NCBI GenBank assembly: GCA_951406725.2
Contig: OX597818.1
Span: 124,992,001-125,056,000 of the forward strand
Direction: 5' to 3'
DNA from: Octopus vulgaris
Lineage: Eukaryota
DNA: 64,000 bases
This document shows, piece by piece, positions 56,023-64,000 of this stretch. The notes below the pieces were generated by a model. It ran no database searches, had not been told where the DNA came from, and saw only the letters and a list, made by a program, of their open reading frames with translations. Numbering within the stretch: position 1 is the stretch's first letter; every line of letters starts with the position of its first letter. A program made the position numbers and the translations under genes.

Positions 56023-56157
56023 TGCGCATGTGTATGTGTGAGAGTCGGGCTGTCGATGTATGTAGATAGTCACTTCCACACACACACAAACAAGATTAAC
56101 CAAAACAGTAGCAATTGATTTTTATAGCTGAATTCCACTCATTCCTGGAAACTAAGA

Positions 56158-56188
<31 letters not shown>

Positions 56189-57386
56189 GAGAAATAATAA
56201 TATATATGTGTGTGTTGGTATATATTTATATCATTCTTATATATAATCGTACATAAACATGTAGATATATCAATTTGTAAGCAGTATATTAACATCCGAT
56301 TGTATGTATATACACATATACATATGTGTGTGTGTATTTGTGTGTGAGTGTGTTTGTGTGTGTGTGTGTGTGTAAATATATAGATATGTATAAATATATC
56401 TATATATATGTATCAATGTGTAAATAGATAGATAAAACGCTTGAATGAATCTATGCAGATATGAGTAGTCAGGAATGTCTTGTACAGTATTTTTCGTTGA
56501 GAAGAGATATGAACGCGTGAGTAAGACATTGTACTGCCATCCTGCGTACATATTTTGAGTTCATGTTCACTAGATATCCGTTACGTGTCCACTTATCTTC
56601 TTTATTTATTTATATATTTATTCATTTATTAGTCAGAAGCGAGACGGTGGTGCCCTCGACCCTTTTCAAGGTTTGTGAACCTGATGGGAGAAAGGGAGGG
56701 TGTGGCAGTTGGAGAGAATTATCCTCAAATCGAAGATCTGTTTCGGATCAATACAACAGACTTCTCTCCTCTAAAGGCACTCAAGTGATAGTTGTGGGTT
56801 CCTTGTTTCACTTGACAGGAGCCTTAATTTTTCTTTACTTATTACAGTCATTTGACTTTGGCCATGCTGGAGCACCGTCTTGAAGGGTTTAAATGCAACA
56901 AATCAACCCTAGGACTTACTATTTTTGGAAGCCTAGTCCAAGCTCATTTACATGTTATAGTTAGAAGACACTTGCCCAATGTGCCACGCAGTAGATCTGA
57001 ACCTGGAATCATGCAGTTTGGAAGCAAGCTTCTTACCACACAGCCACGCTTGCACCTATATTTGCAATAGCTTCTCTCGCATGAGGTGATTTTGAATAGA
57101 TCACTGCTTTTCAGATTGACAAATACCGGGCCGCATTGCCAAACTGACATATTACGGAATATTTTGTCTTTCTCCTTATTAAAGATAGGACAAAAATAGT
57201 TTGTAGCCGTGTAGTACTTCATTCTTTGCCACAGTGATGGATTTACTTTAAAATAAATGTTTAAAATTATTACTTTTGTATTTGGTACGCAAGATTCTTG
57301 ATGCGGATTCTTATTTTGAAATAGATTATGCTGTATCTTGAGCAGGTCATTATGCCAATAAAAACACACGCACTGGCTCGATCTTC

Positions 57387-57467
<81 letters not shown>

Positions 57468-57505
57468 CATCATCATCATCATTATTATTATTATTATTAT
57501 TATTC

Positions 57506-58134
57506 TATGTTTGACTTTTGCTTTATGTCTGTACAAGTTGGCTCCAAGTCTCACCCAGAGACCTCAAGAGACAACAGGTTGGAAGTTCTGTGCCATATAT
57601 TTGGTTTTTTTTTTTTGGGTGTTGTACTAGTGAATGTCTAATACATAAAAAAATAAAATAAAATAAAATAAATAGATAAATAAAAGTTTGTTTTAAACCT
57701 TGGGATTACATAGAGAGTATTTTGCGTAGGTTATGAGCAGTTCCCATGAGCACTATCTTTTGAATTTCTGCCATTTTGGGGTTTCCTGGTATCTGAGTTA
57801 GGTAGCAATTAGTCCCTTTCACTATCATTCCCAGGGCACCTATGACAACAGGTATTGTTTTAGTCTTCAGCTTCCACATTTTGCTGATTTCTATTTCAAG
57901 ATCTTTATATTTGCTCAGTTTTTGGTAGGTCTTGACAGATACGTTTATATCGATTGGGACAGTCATATCAATGAGGAGGCATGTTCTTTGTCTGAAGTCT
58001 TTTAATATGATGTCTGGCCTATTTGCATCTATCTTCCTGTCAGTTTGAATGGTGAAGTTCCAGAGGAGTGAGATGTGGTCATTTTCAAGCACTGGAGGTG
58101 GATTGTGTTCCCACCAGTTTTTTTCATGGGGCAA
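57506..58134 (-). mobile_element. 5'-truncated R4/Dong-clade non-LTR retrotransposon (REL endonuclease domain 57706-58134 plus 3' UTR) in (TAA)n
   Basis: WWEHNPPPVLEND...LWNFTIQTDRKIDANRPDII...CLLIDMTVP...KLSKYKDLEIEI...PVVIGALG. Long (ATT)n tracts on both sides. Confidence 0.88.
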
Positions 58135-58180
58135 ATCCAGGTTTTTGCAAATTACCCAGTGAATATATGTGCAGTGAATA

Positions 58181-58550
<370 letters not shown>

Positions 58551-58946
58551 TGCCAACCATTTAATCATTTAACCAATTAAACTAATCGACTGCTTGATCA
58601 ATCGTTCGGTCAACCAATGAATCTGCTAGATTCGTCAAAGTCCTTTCATTGTCATTCTTGTCCTCGTCAATGACATGCACTTGACAATTTGCGCGACCCT
58701 CATTTTTGTCATTCCCTTGGACCATGAACACCAGTTATAAGAAACACTAGAGTAGATGACGTGAATTATGATGATAACTGAAAATATATAAAGGTGCAGG
58801 CGTGGTAAGAAATTTGCTTCCTAACCACACGGTTCTGGTTCAGTCTTGCTGCGTGGCACCTTGGGCAAGTGTCTTCTGCTATAACCTCTAGCCAACCAAA
58901 GCCTTGTGAGTGGATCTGGTAGACAGAAGCTGAAAGAATTCTGTCT

Positions 58947-58987
<41 letters not shown>

Positions 58988-59031
58988 AATAAATTAATAT
59001 GAACAGTAGTTTACGATGTTTCACTCCAATC

Positions 59032-59107
<76 letters not shown>

Positions 59108-60427
59108 ATGTGTGTGTGTGTTTGTGTTTGTCCCCCCCTACCGCTTGACTACCGTTCTTTGTGTGTTTATGTCTCCATAACTTAGCGGTTGGGCAAAACA
59201 GAGTGCGATAGAGTAAGTACTACGTTTTACAAAAAAAATAATAAGTACTGGGGTCGATTCGTTCGACTAAAATGTTCCAGCATGGCCGCAGTCTAATGAC
59301 TGAAACAAGTAAAAGATTAAAAAGAAGAGATAAAACACGGGAAACCGGTGAGCCCTTCTTGGCCAGGTGTCTATCAGCCTAAATCGTACACGCATAGCGG
59401 TCGTGGTAATATTTAATATGACAGATTTTCAATACGAGCGTAAAATGAGGCATGCCAGACGTAGCTACAAATGTGAAGCATTTATATAATTTATTCCCCA
59501 CGTACGTTTCACCATTGTGGCTATTTGTATTCTCTGCGGTGGTTATCTGTATTCTCTGCAATGGCTGTTTGTATTCTCTGCACTGGCTATTTTTATTCTC
59601 TTGACTTACCGTCTCAAAAACTACTATATAAACTAGATGAATCTATTAATCCCCTACTTACAATTAAAGCATTAGGACACGAATGATATTGAAGCTATAA
59701 ATATTCAGATTTTATAAATGTAATTGGATACTAAACCACAACAGTTCTTCAGGGTGATGCTTTATTGCTATGAGTCTTTTTTTTTCAGCATCCAACGGTA
59801 CTTGGAACGTCCTCTGTAGAGAAAATAAATAATCTTTATGGTGAAACATACACAGGGAACAAATGATATGAACTGCATCTTGTGTTTATCATACTTTTTT
59901 TTACCCTAAATTTGCTCTCTGTATCATAACCGGTATTACCCCGCATTATTAGGGGTAGACTAAAAGCAGCGAGCTGGCAGAATCGTTAGCACGTCGGAAT
60001 AAATGCTTAACGGCATTTCGTCTGCCGTTACGTCCTGAGTTCAAATTGCGCCGAGGTCGACTTTGCCTTTCATCCTTTCGGGGTCGATAAATTAAGTACC
60101 AGTTACGCACAGGGGTCCGTTTGTCTGTCCTTGTTTGTCCTCTCTGTGTTTAGCCCCTTGTGGGTAGTAACGAAATAGGCATTTCGTCTGCGCACTTTCT
60201 GAGTTCAAGTTCCATCAAGTTCGACATTACCTTCCATCTTTTCGGGGTCGATAAAATAAGTACCAGTTGAGTACTGGGTCGATTACATCGACTGTCCTTC
60301 TCCCCCAAAACTTCAGGCCTTGTGCCTATAGCAGAAAGAATTATTAGAATGATGATACTTTACGTGGTGCTTTAAACTCACCAACAACGGTCGTACATCT
60401 AACTGCCCACCACAGAAACACTATATA

Positions 60428-60895
60428 CAGGGTGTCCCAGAATTAATTATCTATTTCAAATAGATACAAAATTAAGATACAAAAACAAATAGATTAATAA
60501 ATCTTATGTCAAAAATTTACATAAAATTTTCAACATGTGCTCCGTTTGTATTCTTGCAAATTGGAAATCAATCCTTAGTGTTGCGAAACACATTTTGAAG
60601 CATTTCAAGAGTTATTGCCTGCACTGCTAACTGAATGTGTTCTTTAAGTTCAGCTATACTATTGTTCCATTCTGGGGATGAAGGCAGAGAAAATGATTGC
60701 AGCCAAATTTAAGAAAAGCTGTCTCGTGGGTAGATACACGGGATCCAACTGGAATGAAAATTCTAAAATTATAAACAAAATTCAAAATTTATACATTTTT
60801 AACACATATTAAATATGATAAAGCGTAAATAAAAGTGAATTTAGAAAAAAAAAATCGTCCAAATTCACTGAAATAGTTAATTTGGGGACACCCTG
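60428..60895. mobile_element. Tc1/mariner-type deletion derivative, same TIR family as 12027-12678
   Basis: TA|CAGGGTGTCCCAGAATTAA ... TTAATTTGGGGACACCCTG|TA. Confidence 0.75.
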
Positions 60896-60911
60896 TATAA
60901 ATAAATAAATA

Positions 60912-61053
60912 TAAGGTTTTCCCAAAAGTTTGTAGAAAGTCTTGGAAAATAATGGTCTTTATTTTGAGGAATAATTTTTGTTGTTTTTGTTAGTACTTGG
61001 CGAGTAAAAATTCAATTTTTGCAAGTGTTTACGAACTTTTGGGACAACCTAAT
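60912..61053. mobile_element. Short mariner-type MITE
   Basis: Inverted ends aggttttcccaaaagtttgta / tacgaacttttgggacaacct flanked by TA. Confidence 0.55.
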
Positions 61054-61958
61054 ATATATATGTGTGTGTGTGTGTATATATCTACACATATACCATCGCG
61101 TCTAGAAGGACGAAAACCGAAGTTAACCTCTGTAAGATTTATTTGAACTTGTCGTGACTAGTAACTGCCAACCATTTTCATAGCACTTTATTGCTTTAAC
61201 CACTCAATCATCTTCCGTTTTAGTGTTGATAATAATGAATACTATGGGCTAAATTTAGGGAAATGTACTGAAGTCGATTTAACTGAACCCTGTATATGCT
61301 ACCCCTTTGCAACTTTGCTGTTCTCTCATTTAGTGTTTATAGTAATACAAAAATATAACAAGTAGCCATTTATCATTGATATACATTAAACGCGATAATG
61401 ACACAATTTCTTCCATAAGTGGATAATAATTCATAAGCAGACGATATTTTTTGACAGACAGCCACCGCCAAACAGTATGGCTTCTACTAACGGCTGGAGA
61501 CACGTAGTTCAACAGGCGTAGTGGTGGACAGCAATGCTAAAATTATAAGTGTAGTGACATTAAAAATCTTTAAATGAAACAGAAGTAGTTTGGCCTGAGT
61601 GTTTGTTTATTTTGAAACAGAGGTCAAAGAAAGATTTGGATCTCTGAAGGTCAATGAGTTTAAGAGTGGAGGAAAAGGATAAGAAAATGATATAGTAAAA
61701 ATAAAGAATAAAGACGAAAAAACAAATAAGATAGGAGATCTAACAGAAAGAGAATAAACTTCAATCAAATATATGCTTACAGGAAGAGTCATAAGTGAGA
61801 TTGGGTGGCCAGCATCATGTTTGTTCTACGGGAAATGAAACCCCTACTTTAGCACAATTTCCAGACTGACAGTCTAAGGTTGTAATCCCCCGCCGGAATG
61901 TTGTATACAAACATCCTTACACTTGACAGACACATCTATTTTATTGACAATCTACCGT

Positions 61959-62030
<72 letters not shown>

Positions 62031-63109
62031 ATGTATGTATGTATGTATGTACGTATGTATGTGTGTATGTATATATGTCTTTGTAAGGGTGTTTGAATAT
62101 ATGTATTCGCGTGTGTGTGAGGGAGAGAAAACTACGTTTTGCTGTTGATAATCTTTTACTTAAACTCCATCATACTTGTATATCAATCCATCAGTAAAAA
62201 TAAAAAGAAACTGTAATTGGATGTGTCTTTTTTAATGAGAGACCGTGGATCTAACCTGGTCTTTGACAGAGCAAACTCAAACAGACGAAGATACATTCGC
62301 AGTAAGGTATCTTCAAATCTTAAAGCACGCTCGTGTGAAATATTGATGGGTCAAACGCTCTTGTCCATATCTTGAAATTAAGATTATTATTGGCACCATA
62401 ATACATAAAAATGTCTACAGAATGGCTTCCGTAAATTTTATTGGGAGGGAAATGCAGTGGATTTAACTGATAACAGTAGATAACTGGTACTTATTCGAGT
62501 ACAAGGATGTCAAGAAAGGAACCTTTCTCATCAACAGTAAAAATTCTTTCTCAGATGATACCATATTATCTTAAAAAGTTGGAAGAAGACATCGAATAAC
62601 ATATTCTTTGAAACACTATGCCTGTAAGAAAAAATAAAATGAAAAAAAAAAAGAACGAATGGTCACAGTTGAAATGTCTTTGATCATAGGTTTGGAGTGT
62701 CAGAGATGGGCTGGGGATAAAAAAGACGACGATGGCTCCCTGTGTTTGACTCCAGGGCATCGGATGAGGGGGTCAATTATGAAATAAGATAATTACTTCC
62801 ACGATAGGCATAAGACATGAAATTTGGAAGGAGGAATATTTATTTCATCGACCCCGAGAAGATAAAACGCACAGTCGACTTCGGCGGAATTTGAACTCAG
62901 AGCATAAAGACGAACAAAGTACTGTTAACCATTTTGTCCGGCATGCTAACGATTCTGCCAATTCGCCACTTTATTATATATTATTCGACGATTTCAAATA
63001 ATGTCAGAGGAAAATTTTTTCAAGAGTTGCCATCAGCACGAAGAGCATAACTCTAACATACCATCTAAAAGAGAACAATTCCCAAAGCAATTTATCAGCA
63101 TTATTAATA

Positions 63110-63260
63110 CTAGTGGGACCCGTGAATATATCACGGAACTAATAGTAAACTTATTAGGTTACTTCAGAAAACCTTATCCCAAAAAACCTGAAATCGTAGC
63201 CTGTGTAGTGTCTGTATCAAAAGATAGTCGCTCACCTGATTATCATTGAAAAGTGAAAGA
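63110..63260 (-). mobile_element. Helitron-like 3' end fragment
   Basis: Minus-strand hairpin ccgtgatatattcacgg followed by CTAG|T. Other boundary uncertain. Confidence 0.45.
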
Positions 63261-63853
63261 AACTGGAATGCGATGATTATTTAATGCAGGAGTAGCCATG
63301 TGGTAGGTAGCTTGCTTACCAACAACATGGTTCCGGGTTCAGTCCCACAGCGTGGCACTTTGGGCAGGTGTCTTTTACTATAGCCTCGGGCCAACCAAAG
63401 CCTTGTGAGTGGATTTGGTGGAGCGGGAACGAGAGAGATGGAGTACATTCTGGAAAGTTAAGTTGTGTCTGCCATTCGACCACAGTACATTCGCACTTGT
63501 GAAGCACAAGTCCAGGCCAGGTTGTTGATGGAAGACCAGCAGTTGCCCATGTATACTAACCTCCCCTCTCCACGTCAGCGATGTTATCCAAGGCAAAGGG
63601 GTCGATACAGCTTGGCACCAGTGACGTCGCAACTCATTTCTACAGCTGAGTGAACTGGAGCAACGTGAAATAAAGTGTGTTGTTCAAGAACACAACACAC
63701 AACGCAATTCAGGAATCGAAGTCACTGTCTCATATCTCATTTGAAGTATATAGTTGGTTCGTGATTCTGTCAAGTAATTTAGCTCGCTGGTGCCGAGTTC
63801 ATATCCCAAGCCATTGGGGTCTAATTTTAATAGAAGTTTATGGGACCATCTAG

Positions 63854-64000
<147 letters not shown>

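Overview
AT-rich, microsatellite- and SINE-dense eukaryotic DNA. The repeat families look like octopus (coleoid cephalopod), which is my inference. Only one protein-coding gene is supported. It is a + strand, six-exon CDS (9017-21451, about 375 aa, all GT-AG introns with matching phases) encoding a homolog of the N-terminal ADP-heptose-sensing domain of ALPK1. Most ligand-pocket residues are conserved, but Tyr replaces human Thr237. No alpha-kinase exons are visible, and a 100-N gap at 23439-23538 follows, beyond which the sequence looks less CpG-depleted and lacks clear genes. Several short elements inside (TA)n/(AAT)n tracts carry type I hammerhead-ribozyme motifs of the Penelope-like kind. 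One is a perfect 255-bp-arm palindrome in an ALPK1 intron with a ribozyme on each strand; another is a tRNA-headed SINE-like element. The rest is tRNA-derived SINEs, mariner/Tc1/piggyBac MITEs, Helitron-like elements, LINE fragments (RTE, CR1, CRE-like, R4/Dong) and simple repeats, which explain most of the ORF track.
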